Origin: Candidatus Poribacteria bacterium
GTDB taxonomy: Bacteria > Poribacteria > WGA-4E > WGA-3G
Reading direction: 5' to 3'
Assembly: GCA_965198235.1 (NCBI GenBank)
Contig: OZ240248.1
Coordinates: 2,560,001 to 2,624,000 of the forward strand
Length of the DNA stretch: 64,000 bases
Made by a program: the position numbers and the translations under genes. The notes under the pieces were generated by a model. That model did no database searches. It saw nothing but the letters and a program-made list of their open reading frames with translations, and was not told the origin of the DNA. Below are positions 47,109 through 57,088 of the stretch, piece after piece. The stretch's first letter is position 1, and every line of letters starts with the position of its first letter.

Positions 47109-50100
47109 CTGTGCTAAACCTATTCCGAAAAAACAAACCAGAACCCCCACAATTCAGTTGGCAGGAAACACCGACTGGTATTCAGTTTACCGCGCCATCG
47201 GGTGACCTTTCCCCAATTAAATATGCTAACACCTTGCCACCAGGTGCTTACCAAGCACAGGCACAATGGCTGCTGCTTAAGGAGTTGCTTGATAACGGTC
47301 AAGCAGAAGCGTTAGACATCGCGATTCATATTCCATTTGAAGAAGTGTGTCGTCTTGACCTCGTTGAACAGGAAGTGCTCGGCCTACCACAACCGTATCC
47401 ATTTGATCTTGAAGTTCGATCGAATGGAACTTTCAATCAGCCAGAGTTTCGCTACAATTATCAATTCTTAAAACCTGATGGAAAGCCTTTGCATCCAACA
47501 CGAATCGGTTGTGTGTTGCGTTTGACGCAGGAGTGGGCATACCTGTTAACGCGAGAGCAGTTCATCTTCTTGGAAGAATTGGACGCGTTCAACGCGCGAG
47601 ATGCCGCAGACAAAGATTATCAGGGAAATCTGATCGACTTCGCAAAAATTAAGGGGCTTGCCAAAGACACGCGGGCGACGCTGGATAGTTACCTGAACAA
47701 AGAGGAAGTCGTTGCACCGAAAACTGTCCGCTTGCGTCTACGTGAATCCGGCGATAGTGTTGAAATAATCCCTGACGCGGCTGACATCGACAGTAAACAA
47801 TTTAAAGAGGTGTTTGATAAATTTCCAGTTCCGCAAACCACCTACAATCTCCCCCAACCCGACGGTGGACGAACCCGCCTCCTCTTTCAAGAAAAGCAGA
47901 AGGAAGCTTTGCAAACCTTTAAGCACTATCGACGCGTTTCTCGTGAGCAACTCGCGGAGATTGCGGAACAACCGCAGGCATACTTTGACGCGGAAACTGT
48001 TGAACTCGACGCGACAGATGAAACGCCATCCTTTAGCGAGCGGGTCCGTGAAATCGGTATCTACCAGCCGAGGGTCTATCCGTTTGTGTCCCCTTACAAA
48101 AGTGAGTGGATTCCCGGTATTTTGGTTGAAGATGAATCAGGAACGCGGACAAAGTTGCAGATTAAAACCAATGAAGAATTTACAGAGTTGAAGCGGACGA
48201 TTCATGAGGCAAAGCGGACAGGCCAAAAACAGGTTAAATGGAAAGGGCAAGAACTTCTCGTTCCTGATGTTGAAAAACATCTTCCATTCATCGAAAAACA
48301 GCTCAAGCACCGCAAGAAACCTTCGCGCCCCGAAGTAGAAAAATCAGAGACTACGGTCTTAATTATTGAGGAAAACATTGAAGAGACTGATTATGTTGGA
48401 AAAACGTCCAGTTTACAAGTTGAAGAACCATTTCGGCATCTCTTAGAACCTACACCAAATCTGAAGCAGGAAGTTAAACTCCTACCACATCAAGAGGAGG
48501 GGCTTGCATGGGCACAGCAGCTTTGGGAAAAACGGTATCTCGGCGGCTTGCTCGCAGACGACATGGGACTTGGCAAAACACTACAAGTGCTCTGTTTTCT
48601 GGAGTGGCATCATGCAGAATATCGCCTGCGAGAACCACAGCGGAAACCGTACCTCATTGTTGCCCCGATTGTCCTCTTAGAAAATTGGGCGGCGGAATAT
48701 CCGAAGTTTTTTGACAAAGGTGCGTTGGATTTCATAACACTATACGGAAAGGAGTTGCAAAACTTCAAGTGTGATCCATCCGATGTAGTCAACCTTCAAG
48801 TTCCAGAGATTGAGGGCGCGGAAAAGCTCCAAGAATTACGCAAACGCCGCGGCGCGCTTGATGTCAAACGTCTCCTAAATGCTGATGTCCTGCTAACTAC
48901 TTATGAGACCGTTCGCGACTTCCAATTAGATTTAGGCTTGATTCCATGGGCAACGGTTGTTATTGATGAAGCGCAGCGCATCAAGACACCGGGCACACTC
49001 GTCACAAACGCCTTGAAAGCCCTCAAGACCGATTTTCGTCTCGCGATGACGGGAACGCCTGTCGAAAACTCATTAATGGATTTGTGGTGTATTACCGATT
49101 TTGTAGCACCGGGCTATCTTGACAGCGCGAAAAATTTCAATACTGAATTTTGCCTGCCTCTCAAAAAACCTGAAACTGACATTCATGTACTTGGTGATCG
49201 GATTCGCCAACGCATAGGCGTTCACCTCAAGAGGCGACTGAAGACCGACATTCTTGAGGACCTACCGGAAAAACAGATTCACGTCGGAAATTGTCAACAA
49301 CAGATGCCGCCCGCGCAGATAGAACGTTATCAAGACGTCCTTCAATCCACACAGCAGAGCGGATCAGGCGGACCGCAACCACGCAATCAGATATTGCAAG
49401 TGCTACACCAGTTACGAGACATATCAGATCATCCGTTGTTAGCCGGTTCGCAATGGGAGCGAATTGCTACTGCTGAATTAATCGAACAATCGGCGAAGCT
49501 GACAGTGACGGTGCAATTGCTCGAAGATATTCGCACTGCTAACGAAAAGGTCATTTTGTTTGCTGAACGCCGGAAGACACAGCATCTTTTAGCACACGTC
49601 ATTCGCGAACACTTCGGGTTGAAGGGTGTCTATATCGTCAATGGTGATACCCCTGGAAGCACACAGCGAGCAAGTTCAATGAAAATGAGTCGCCAACAAA
49701 GCGTAGAGCGTTTCCAAAACACTCCGGGTTTCAACGCTATCATCATGTCTCCACTCGCTGCGGGTGTAGGTCTCAACATTACCGAAGCAAACCATGTTAT
49801 TCACTATAGCCGTTGGTGGAATCCCGCCAAAGAAGATCAGGCAAGTGACAGGGTTTATCGTATCGGACAGAAGCGACCTGTGCATATCTATTTGCCAATG
49901 GCGACCCATCCTGAGTTCCAAACGTTTGACGTTATTCTGCACGAACTTCTTGAGCGAAAACGCCGACTTTCACAAGGGACTCTCTTCCCGACCGAGCAAG
50001 CCGAAGTAACCCCTAAAGAGATTCTTGATAAACTGCAGCCAATACCTGTTAATAATGAAAGGAGTTCACCGTTAACAATAGAAGACATTGACAAGCTTGA

Positions 50101-50503
50101 ACCGAGATTCTTTGAGGCTTTTGTTGCTGCCCTTTTTGATAAGCAAGGATATTATGTTGTATTAACCCCCTATTCGGGGGACAAGGGCGCAGATGTCGTT
50201 GCGCGTCAGCATGGAAGCGAACCAGATGGACTGTTGATACAGGCGAAGCATCGACAAGCAGGTGCGAAATCGGGCCGTCAGGCTACGGACGAGGTTTTAG
50301 CAGCGAGAACGTTTTATGAAAAAGAATATGGAGCGATTTTCCAACCCGCAGTCATTACAAACCGTGAGTTTAACAGATCGGCGCGTCGGTACAGCCGTTC
50401 CGAGAAGGTGGAAATGTACGAACGCAGATGGTTGATGCAAAATTTGAAACAATATCCTGTGACATGGCAGGATGTCAATAAAAGTCAGTTTCATACGAAT
50501 TGA
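47102..50503 (+). CDS. zorD: Zorya ZorD (SNF2 helicase plus C-terminal Mrr-like nuclease)
   Basis: LADDMGLGKT, DEAQ, TGTPVEN, QASDRVYRIGQ; FEAFVAALF...GDKGADV...IQAK. Confidence 0.92.
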   Translation: MVTVLNLFRKNKPEPPQFSWQETPTGIQFTAPSGDLSPIKYANTLPPGAYQAQAQWLLLKELLDNGQAEALDIAIHIPFEEVCRLDLVEQEVLGLPQPYPFDLEVRSNGTFNQPEFRYNYQFLKPDGKPLHPTRIGCVLRLTQEWAYLLTREQFIFLEELDAFNARDAADKDYQGNLIDFAKIKGLAKDTRATLDSYLNKEEVVAPKTVRLRLRESGDSVEIIPDAADIDSKQFKEVFDKFPVPQTTYNLPQPDGGRTRLLFQEKQKEALQTFKHYRRVSREQLAEIAEQPQAYFDAETVELDATDETPSFSERVREIGIYQPRVYPFVSPYKSEWIPGILVEDESGTRTKLQIKTNEEFTELKRTIHEAKRTGQKQVKWKGQELLVPDVEKHLPFIEKQLKHRKKPSRPEVEKSETTVLIIEENIEETDYVGKTSSLQVEEPFRHLLEPTPNLKQEVKLLPHQEEGLAWAQQLWEKRYLGGLLADDMGLGKTLQVLCFLEWHHAEYRLREPQRKPYLIVAPIVLLENWAAEYPKFFDKGALDFITLYGKELQNFKCDPSDVVNLQVPEIEGAEKLQELRKRRGALDVKRLLNADVLLTTYETVRDFQLDLGLIPWATVVIDEAQRIKTPGTLVTNALKALKTDFRLAMTGTPVENSLMDLWCITDFVAPGYLDSAKNFNTEFCLPLKKPETDIHVLGDRIRQRIGVHLKRRLKTDILEDLPEKQIHVGNCQQQMPPAQIERYQDVLQSTQQSGSGGPQPRNQILQVLHQLRDISDHPLLAGSQWERIATAELIEQSAKLTVTVQLLEDIRTANEKVILFAERRKTQHLLAHVIREHFGLKGVYIVNGDTPGSTQRASSMKMSRQQSVERFQNTPGFNAIIMSPLAAGVGLNITEANHVIHYSRWWNPAKEDQASDRVYRIGQKRPVHIYLPMATHPEFQTFDVILHELLERKRRLSQGTLFPTEQAEVTPKEILDKLQPIPVNNERSSPLTIEDIDKLEPRFFEAFVAALFDKQGYYVVLTPYSGDKGADVVARQHGSEPDGLLIQAKHRQAGAKSGRQATDEVLAARTFYEKEYGAIFQPAVITNREFNRSARRYSRSEKVEMYERRWLMQNLKQYPVTWQDVNKSQFHTN

Positions 50504-50511
50504 CGTTCATT

Positions 50512-51798
50512 TCACACATACTCCCGCAAATGCGCCAAAGTCCGATCCACCGCGCCGAGATTTTCCTCAATCAATTGCTTCCCGATGCTGCCTGCCGTTG
50601 TCCGCACCGCATCGTCCTTTAGCCACACCGTGGTCGCATCTGCCAATTGTTGCGCGGTATGAACCAGTTTCGCTCCACCCCGATCCACGAGGAGAGACGC
50701 TTCATACGCGTTCTGAATAGTCGGACCGAACAGGACAGGCTTCGCCATCGCAGCGGGTTCCATTACGTTGTGAACGCTTCCGCGAAAACTTCCCCCAACA
50801 AACGCAATATCTGCCAGTCCATATAACTTTGCAAGAAGCCCTATCCTATCAATGATGAGGATGTCCACTGCTGCTAAATCTATCCCGGAGGCAAGTTCAG
50901 AGAAGCAGAGATATGAAAGTTGCTGGCGGTTCAGAGCGGCACGGATCTCACTTATCCGTTCAGGTGTCGGTTCGTGTGGGACCAGAATCAAATGAGGAAA
51001 GTTGTCGCCTGTATTCTCACGCAGTAGTTGATATGCCGGCAACAGTACTTTCTCGTCTTCTGTATATGTACTGCCAGCGATGAGGATCGGACGTTTTAAG
51101 GTCGCTTGCCCGGGAAAAAATTCGGTGTCAGGCTCAACTGCTACTGCCCGTCGGTAAACCTGCTCATAGCGGGTATCGCCGGTGACAACGATTTCATGTG
51201 TTGGTGAGCAGAGCTCTTGAAAGCGCGCCGCATCTCCTTCGGAAATCGCACAGTGCACTCGGATGTGCCGATGCACACTCCGAAAAAACGGCTTCGAGAA
51301 ACGAGACAATCGTTTCGATTCAGCGTGCAGCGTTCCAGCGATAACAATGATCGGAATACCGTGTTTAGAAGTTTTCCAGACGAGGTTGGGCCAAATATCG
51401 AATTTGGAAAAAACTATCAAGGTAGGCTCGATGAGACGTATCAAGCGTTCCGCGTTGCGGGATGTATCCAACGGAAGGTAAACAGCCGCATCGGCGTAGG
51501 GGTAAGATCGTGCATTTGGTGCGACGGAAGGGGAAAAGAAAGTTAAAACAATTCGGGTCTCTGCATAAATCGCTTCGATAAGTGGTTTTGCTTGTTCAAA
51601 TTCGCCGACAGAAGTAAAGTGAAACCATGCTGTTTTCTCCAGATGTCGAGCGGTCTGGAGTTGGTCTACGAGTTCTGAAAACACTCGTTTCCGCCCATCA
51701 ATGCCCTCTTGGATTTTGGGATTGCAACATCCCGCGCCGTAAAAACCGACAAACATAATGGGGACAGCAAACAGGTTATAAACAAGTTGCCAAAACAT
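50512..51798 (-). CDS. waaA: 3-deoxy-D-manno-octulosonic acid transferase
   Basis: WFHFTSVGEF, YLPLD, LVPH, AFVGGSF, HNVMEPA. Confidence 0.93.
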   Translation of the reverse strand: MFWQLVYNLFAVPIMFVGFYGAGCCNPKIQEGIDGRKRVFSELVDQLQTARHLEKTAWFHFTSVGEFEQAKPLIEAIYAETRIVLTFFSPSVAPNARSYPYADAAVYLPLDTSRNAERLIRLIEPTLIVFSKFDIWPNLVWKTSKHGIPIIVIAGTLHAESKRLSRFSKPFFRSVHRHIRVHCAISEGDAARFQELCSPTHEIVVTGDTRYEQVYRRAVAVEPDTEFFPGQATLKRPILIAGSTYTEDEKVLLPAYQLLRENTGDNFPHLILVPHEPTPERISEIRAALNRQQLSYLCFSELASGIDLAAVDILIIDRIGLLAKLYGLADIAFVGGSFRGSVHNVMEPAAMAKPVLFGPTIQNAYEASLLVDRGGAKLVHTAQQLADATTVWLKDDAVRTTAGSIGKQLIEENLGAVDRTLAHLREYV

Positions 51799-51904
51799 AG
51801 TGAACCTTAGAAGGGTGGAAGGATAGGAACAGTCGGAGAATGGAAGGGTGAATTTGATTTACAAATCTTCCATTCTCCAGAGGTGTGATTACGAACCGGG
51901 CGGC

Positions 51905-52231
51905 TTATAGGGCATCTAAGATTTTTTTCTTCAGTGCATCTTTGGGCATCGCGCCGACAATCTGCCCCGCAACTTTGCCGTCTTTGAACACGAGCAGCGT
52001 TGGGATGCTCCGAACGCCGTACTGCATCGCCGTCTGACGGTTGTCATCAACGTTTACTTTTCCAACTTTAAATGTCTCAGAGTTCTCACCGGCGAGTTCC
52101 TCTAACACTGGCGCAATCATTTTGCAAGGACCGCACCACTCTGCCCAAAAGTCGACAACAACGGGTGTGTCTGATGTAAGTACCATTCCTTCAAACGTGT
52201 CGTCACTAATTTCAAACGTGTTTCCAGCCAT
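51905..52231 (-). CDS. trxA: Thioredoxin
   Basis: DFWAEWCGPCK, SIPTL. Confidence 0.97.
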   Translation of the reverse strand: MAGNTFEISDDTFEGMVLTSDTPVVVDFWAEWCGPCKMIAPVLEELAGENSETFKVGKVNVDDNRQTAMQYGVRSIPTLLVFKDGKVAGQIVGAMPKDALKKKILDAL

Positions 52232-52492
52232 GATAGCTCCTTTTTTTTGAGAGTCTGGTAGGCGAAATGCCACCGTGTAATATTGTGCTTACGTAATTCC
52301 TCTTATAAGTGCATTGGGGCATTAATATGATACCCCATTCTGAGAAAAATTGCCAATCAATTTTTCGTGTTAACTATAAATCAATTTTAATAAAAAAGTG
52401 ATAAATGCGGTTTGCAACCACATCAGGTCTGACATGATGGGCTACCGGTGGCAAAATCAAAATATGCTTTTATCGGATTTCCAATAACCGAC

Positions 52493-52622
52493 AGGACTTA
52501 CGCAAATTGCGTAAAGAAGCAGTATATTTCACCCAAAAATGCCTTGCAGTGAGGGTATTTCAGTTATTTAACCCCCTAAATCCCCTTATCAGGGGGACTT
52601 CAAGAGGAAGCGCGTAAGTCCT
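52493..52622. mobile_element. 130-bp MITE with IS701-type terminal inverted repeats
   Basis: AGGACTTACGC...GCGTAAGTCCT, the same repeat as the IS701 end at 3587-3598. A half-copy lies at 22051-22107. Confidence 0.75.
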
Positions 52623-52783
52623 AACCAATATAAAAGACCGAAACCTAATTATTATTCGCTTGTTTTTTTCTTGATAAAAAATGTGAGATATAATATACTG
52701 GAAGAAATTGAGAGATAACGAATTTTCCAACCAACGCGATGAACATAACGTTAATCCGAACTCACAATTGAAGGAGGTCCCGC

Positions 52784-53419
52784 ATGCCTGATAAGGATAA
52801 AAAACAGGGGACGAACATTTCGCGCCGAAACTTCTTGAAAGGCGTAGGTACAGGTACCGTTGCTGCAACTGTCGCACCGAGCGTCCTGATCGGCAGTGAG
52901 AAAGCCGCCGATGCCCAAATGGGCGACGCTATCGCTAATGCGACAATCCAACTCAATATCAACGGTAAATCGTATCAGGTCGAGGTCGAAGCGCGAACAA
53001 CGCTTTTAACCGTTTTGCGTGATGGAATTGATACAAGTGGGAGCAACATCGACTTAACCGGTGCTAAACTAATTTGTGATCGTGGTGAATGTGGTGGCTG
53101 TACCGTCATGGTAGATGGGAAGCCGGTCTACGCTTGCATGATGCTCGCAATTGATGCACAGGACAAGCAGATAACAACCGTTGAGGGATTAGCAGACGGC
53201 GACGATTTGCACCCTGTTCAGGAAGCATTCATCCAACACGACGCGATGATGTGCGGATTCTGCACACCCGGTTTCATCGTCTCATCCGCAGCACTGTTGA
53301 ACGAAAACTCTAAACCGACACTCGAAGAAATTAAAGACGGTTTGTCTGGTAACACGTGTCGCTGCGGAACCTATCCATTCATCTTTGATGCTATCAAAAC
53401 CGCATCACGGAAGATGTGA
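52784..53419 (+). CDS. 2Fe-2S subunit of a xanthine dehydrogenase-family oxidoreductase with Tat signal (PaoA/YagT-like)
   Basis: SRRNFLK twin-arginine motif; CDRGECGGC, CGFC, CRCG. Confidence 0.93.
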   Translation: MPDKDKKQGTNISRRNFLKGVGTGTVAATVAPSVLIGSEKAADAQMGDAIANATIQLNINGKSYQVEVEARTTLLTVLRDGIDTSGSNIDLTGAKLICDRGECGGCTVMVDGKPVYACMMLAIDAQDKQITTVEGLADGDDLHPVQEAFIQHDAMMCGFCTPGFIVSSAALLNENSKPTLEEIKDGLSGNTCRCGTYPFIFDAIKTASRKM

Positions 53420-53496
53420 TTTGAAAGCAAGGTTTGACTTGCGAGACGCAAGAGTCCACTGCTCCAATGGGGCAGTTGACTATAGGAGGAAAACGC

Positions 53497-55617
53497 ATGG
53501 CATCATGGGGAGAAGCAAGTGAATCTCGCCTCATCGGAAAACGGGTAACCCGTTTGTCCGGTAAGGATAAAGTCACTGGAAAAGCGAAGTATACTTTTGA
53601 TATTAATGAACCGGGGATGCTGTACGGACGCATCTTGCGTTCTGAAACCGCACACGCAACCGTTATGGGCATTGACCTGAGTGAAGCAGAGGCATTACCC
53701 GGGGTCCAGGCAGCTATTCCGCTCATTGAGGTTGGCAATAAACTCCGGTACCAAGGGCAGGAAATTGCTGCTGTTGCCGCTGAAACCGATGACATCGCTA
53801 AGGACGCAATTCGGCTCATTCGTGTCGACTTGGAGGAATTACCCCACGTCGTCACGGAAGCGGACGCGATGGCAGAAGGCGCGCCGCAAATCCGAGAGGA
53901 TTGGGCGGACAATCAGAGCGAACCGAATGTCAGGGAAGATGGCGACATCAATGCAGGATTTGCTGAAGCCGCTGTTGAGGTCGAGGCTACCTATCATACG
54001 CCTGTTCAGACGCACGTTTGCTTGGAAACACATGGACACGTCGCAAAATGGGAAGATGAACAAAATCTTACCGTTTGGGCGTCTACACAAGGTGTTTTTG
54101 GGGTTCGCAACGATTTCGCGCAGCGCTTTGAATTGCCTGCAAACCAGGTCAGGGTCATTACAGAGCACATGGGTGGCGGATTTGGGAGCAAATTCGGACC
54201 CGGCATAGAAGGCCGCACCGCGGTTGAATTGTCACGTATCACTGGCAAAGCAGTGAAGTTAATGCTGACCCGGAAAGCCGAGCATCTTGTTGCTGGCAAT
54301 AGACCCTCAATGACACAGCAGGTCCGCGCTGGCGCGACACGCGACGGGCGACTTATCGCTTACGATATGAAGGGCTATGGCACAGGGGGTATCTCCAGTG
54401 GAGCAGGTTTCACGGGACCTTACGTCTACCACGTACCGAACAGTCGGGCGGAACGGGTTAACGTGGCTACCAACGCCGGCAATCAACGCGCGATGCGCGC
54501 CCCTGGACACCCGCAAGGTGCATTCGCGATGGACTCTCTGATGGATGAACTTGCCGAAAAACTCGGTATGAACCCATTGGAGTTTCGTCGTATCAATGAC
54601 CCGAATGAAGTGCGTCAGGCACAATACACCCTTGGTGCGCAAGAGATAGGCTGGCACCGCCGTAACAGCGTACCAGGCTCCGGCACAGACGTGAAAAAGC
54701 GCGGCATGGGACTTGGCAGCGGACAATGGGGTGGCGGTGGTGGTGGCGGCACAGAAGCGCGCGTTACCATCAATGCAGACGGCACTGTTGAAGCTGTCAC
54801 GGGAACACAGGACATTGGAACCGGTGTCCGCACAGTTATTGCGATGATTGTTGCCGAAGAATTCGGTCTTGAGACTACCGATATCCATGTGAAGGTTGGC
54901 GATAGCGGGCCCGGATTACCCTCTGGCGGCAGTGGGGGTAGTCAAACAACTCCGTCAGTCGCTCCTGTCATCAAAACCGCAGCAGCGGCGGCGAAACAGA
55001 AATTATTTGAACGCATCGCGCCACTGCTTGAGGCACCCATTGGTGATCTCCGTGTCGGCACCGGCACTATCTATGCCGTCTCTGATAGGACAAAGACCAT
55101 TACGTGGAAACAGGCAACCGGGCAACTCGGCATGGAGAGCATTAGCGAAGGCGGAACTTGGGATGAAGACCTCCGTCAAGGGGGTGCCGCAGGTGCCCAG
55201 TTCGCTGAAGTTGAAATTGATACGCAGACCGGAGCTATCAGGGTTATCAAAATTGTCGCCGTTCAGGATTGTGGATTGGCGATTAACAGGTTGACGACGG
55301 AAAGCCAGATTAATGGCGGTGTTATCATGGGGTTGGGTCAGGCACTGCTTGAAGAGCGGTTCATGGACGCGCAGACGGGTCGAATGCTCAACGCCAACCT
55401 TGAGGACTACAAGGTTCCTGGGACTTTCGAGATCCCTGAAATTAAATCCATTGTTTTTGATACGCACCGCAAGGTTACAGGGGTCGGTGAACCGCCGTGT
55501 ATTCCGACGCCTGGGGCTATCGCGAATGCCGTTTACAATGCGATTGGCGTTCGGGTTCGGTCGCTACCGATAACACCTGATAAGATCCTTGACGCACTCG
55601 CCGAAAAGCAGGCATAA
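53497..55617 (+). CDS. Molybdopterin-binding subunit (PaoC/YagR-like)
   Basis: KVTGKAKY, GGGFGSK, MRAPG, QDIGTG, GVGEPP. Confidence 0.94.
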   Translation: MASWGEASESRLIGKRVTRLSGKDKVTGKAKYTFDINEPGMLYGRILRSETAHATVMGIDLSEAEALPGVQAAIPLIEVGNKLRYQGQEIAAVAAETDDIAKDAIRLIRVDLEELPHVVTEADAMAEGAPQIREDWADNQSEPNVREDGDINAGFAEAAVEVEATYHTPVQTHVCLETHGHVAKWEDEQNLTVWASTQGVFGVRNDFAQRFELPANQVRVITEHMGGGFGSKFGPGIEGRTAVELSRITGKAVKLMLTRKAEHLVAGNRPSMTQQVRAGATRDGRLIAYDMKGYGTGGISSGAGFTGPYVYHVPNSRAERVNVATNAGNQRAMRAPGHPQGAFAMDSLMDELAEKLGMNPLEFRRINDPNEVRQAQYTLGAQEIGWHRRNSVPGSGTDVKKRGMGLGSGQWGGGGGGGTEARVTINADGTVEAVTGTQDIGTGVRTVIAMIVAEEFGLETTDIHVKVGDSGPGLPSGGSGGSQTTPSVAPVIKTAAAAAKQKLFERIAPLLEAPIGDLRVGTGTIYAVSDRTKTITWKQATGQLGMESISEGGTWDEDLRQGGAAGAQFAEVEIDTQTGAIRVIKIVAVQDCGLAINRLTTESQINGGVIMGLGQALLEERFMDAQTGRMLNANLEDYKVPGTFEIPEIKSIVFDTHRKVTGVGEPPCIPTPGAIANAVYNAIGVRVRSLPITPDKILDALAEKQA

Positions 55618-55650
55618 GGAAGAAAGATGTTCTTCGCAACATCAAAAACC

Positions 55651-55739
55651 TAAGCCTGTAATGAAATGGAAGGCGAATCTACGGAAAGGCACTTCATTCA
55701 TTCAACTTACCTAACCGAACCGCAAGGAAAATTAGAAAG
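55651..55739 (+). repeat. Start-codon-adjacent element, copy E
   Basis: TAAGCCTGTAATGAAATGGAAGGC...CTACGGAAAGGCAC...TTACC...GAACCGCAAGGAAAATTAGAAAG, then ATG. Confidence 0.75.
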
Positions 55740-56720
55740 ATGGAAAAATTCAGTTACGTTAACGCTACCAGTCTGGAGCAGGTCACGTCACTCCTGAGTG
55801 AAAGCGGTTGGGGCGAAGTCATGCTTATCGCCGGTGGCACGGATCTGCTTGCGGAACTCAAAGAGTACATTGAGACCCCCAAGACGCTGGTTAATCTCAA
55901 GACGTTACCCGGCATGGATAGTATTGAAGCTGATGCATCGGGCTTAAAGATCGGGGCATTAGCCACTGTCGCTGACATCGCTATGCATCCGACTATCCAG
56001 CATCACTATACCGTTCTGGCGCAAGCCGCCGGTTCTGTCGCGACACCACAGATCCGAAACGTCGGGACACTCGGCGGAAATCTCTGCCAGCGTCCGCGGT
56101 GTTGGTACTACCGGGATGAAGCCACCAATTGCCTGAAAAAGGGTGGAGACATCTGTTATGCGGTTGATGGTTTGAGCAAATATCATGCGATCCTCGGTGG
56201 TGATCCTGTCTACATTGTGCATCCTTCAGACCTCGCGCCAGCATTGATTGCCTTGGGTGCCTCGATCAAAATCGTCGGACCTGAGGGCGAGAAAGCTATG
56301 TCGCTTGAGGAATTCTTTACATTACCGGCTGCAGATCCGTACCGTGAGAACGTGTTGGAACCCAATGAAATTGTCGTTGAGGTCAGTGTCCCGGCACCGA
56401 AGCCGAATACGAAGAGTTTCTATTTAAAGGCGCGTGAGAAGGGTGCCCCTGACTTCGCGTTATCAAGCGTTGCTGGCGTTTTTGAGATGGATGGGAAGAC
56501 CTGTAAAACCGCCAGTATCGTTCTCGGCGGTGTCGCGCCCGCGCCTTGGCGTTCTAAAGAGGCAGAAGCGGCAGTCACGGGCAAGATGATCGACGAATCG
56601 GTAAGTCAGCAGGCTGGTGCCGATGCTGTCAAGGACGCACAACCCTTGAACGACAATATGTATAAGGTAACCTTAACACAGAATCTCGTCAGCCGCGCCG
56701 CGATGATGGCTGCAAGCTAA
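55740..56720 (+). CDS. FAD-binding subunit (PaoB/YagS-like) with 4Fe-4S-type Cys insert
   Basis: AGGTDL, QIRNVGTLGGNL, RPRCWYYR..C..GG..C, HPSD. Confidence 0.94.
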   Translation: MEKFSYVNATSLEQVTSLLSESGWGEVMLIAGGTDLLAELKEYIETPKTLVNLKTLPGMDSIEADASGLKIGALATVADIAMHPTIQHHYTVLAQAAGSVATPQIRNVGTLGGNLCQRPRCWYYRDEATNCLKKGGDICYAVDGLSKYHAILGGDPVYIVHPSDLAPALIALGASIKIVGPEGEKAMSLEEFFTLPAADPYRENVLEPNEIVVEVSVPAPKPNTKSFYLKAREKGAPDFALSSVAGVFEMDGKTCKTASIVLGGVAPAPWRSKEAEAAVTGKMIDESVSQQAGADAVKDAQPLNDNMYKVTLTQNLVSRAAMMAAS

Positions 56721-56732
56721 AGGAGCACTGAT

Positions 56733-56972
56733 ATGTTACAAGAAAAAGCCCTTCCAATCTTTAATCGCCCGATATGTCAGTATCTTCGGACGAAGGCGAT
56801 TTACATTCCGGGCGGCAACTTGCAGAACCTCGTTGAAAACAACCCCGGTTCGCACTATTGGTGCAATTGCACTATGCAAGTCGTAGGACCCGATGACGAA
56901 TTTGTGTCGCCAGACGCTTGTAAGCAGTCGCGCCCCTGTTTTAACCCTGTTGGTGGTAAGCCGGTGGTGTAA
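56733..56972 (+). CDS. Small Cys-rich hypothetical protein
   Basis: AAGGAG RBS; CQYLRTK..YWCNCT..VGPDD..C..SRPCF. Confidence 0.7.
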   Translation: MLQEKALPIFNRPICQYLRTKAIYIPGGNLQNLVENNPGSHYWCNCTMQVVGPDDEFVSPDACKQSRPCFNPVGGKPVV

Positions 56973-57009
56973 CATCGCAACGGCTGGAACACACGGAGAC
57001 AGAAAATCG

Positions 57010-57046
57010 AGAAGGGCAGTCGGCATACGAAACCGGCTGCCCTTCT
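57010..57046 (+). terminator. GC-rich hairpin after the oxidoreductase operon
   Basis: AGAAGGGCAGTCGG-N9-CCGGCTGCCCTTCT. The U-tract is displaced, so terminator activity is uncertain. Confidence 0.45.
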
Positions 57047-57088
57047 GCCATAGTGTCTGTATGTTTTTTAAGGTGAGTTTGATCTTCT

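Noticed and set aside
42568-50503. MotA/OmpA/unknown/SNF2-nuclease operon as a new system
   Set aside because: Architecture and gene order match the described type I Zorya system.
54729-54750. GGT/GGC run as a contingency repeat
   Set aside because: It encodes an in-frame glycine-rich loop of the molybdopterin subunit.
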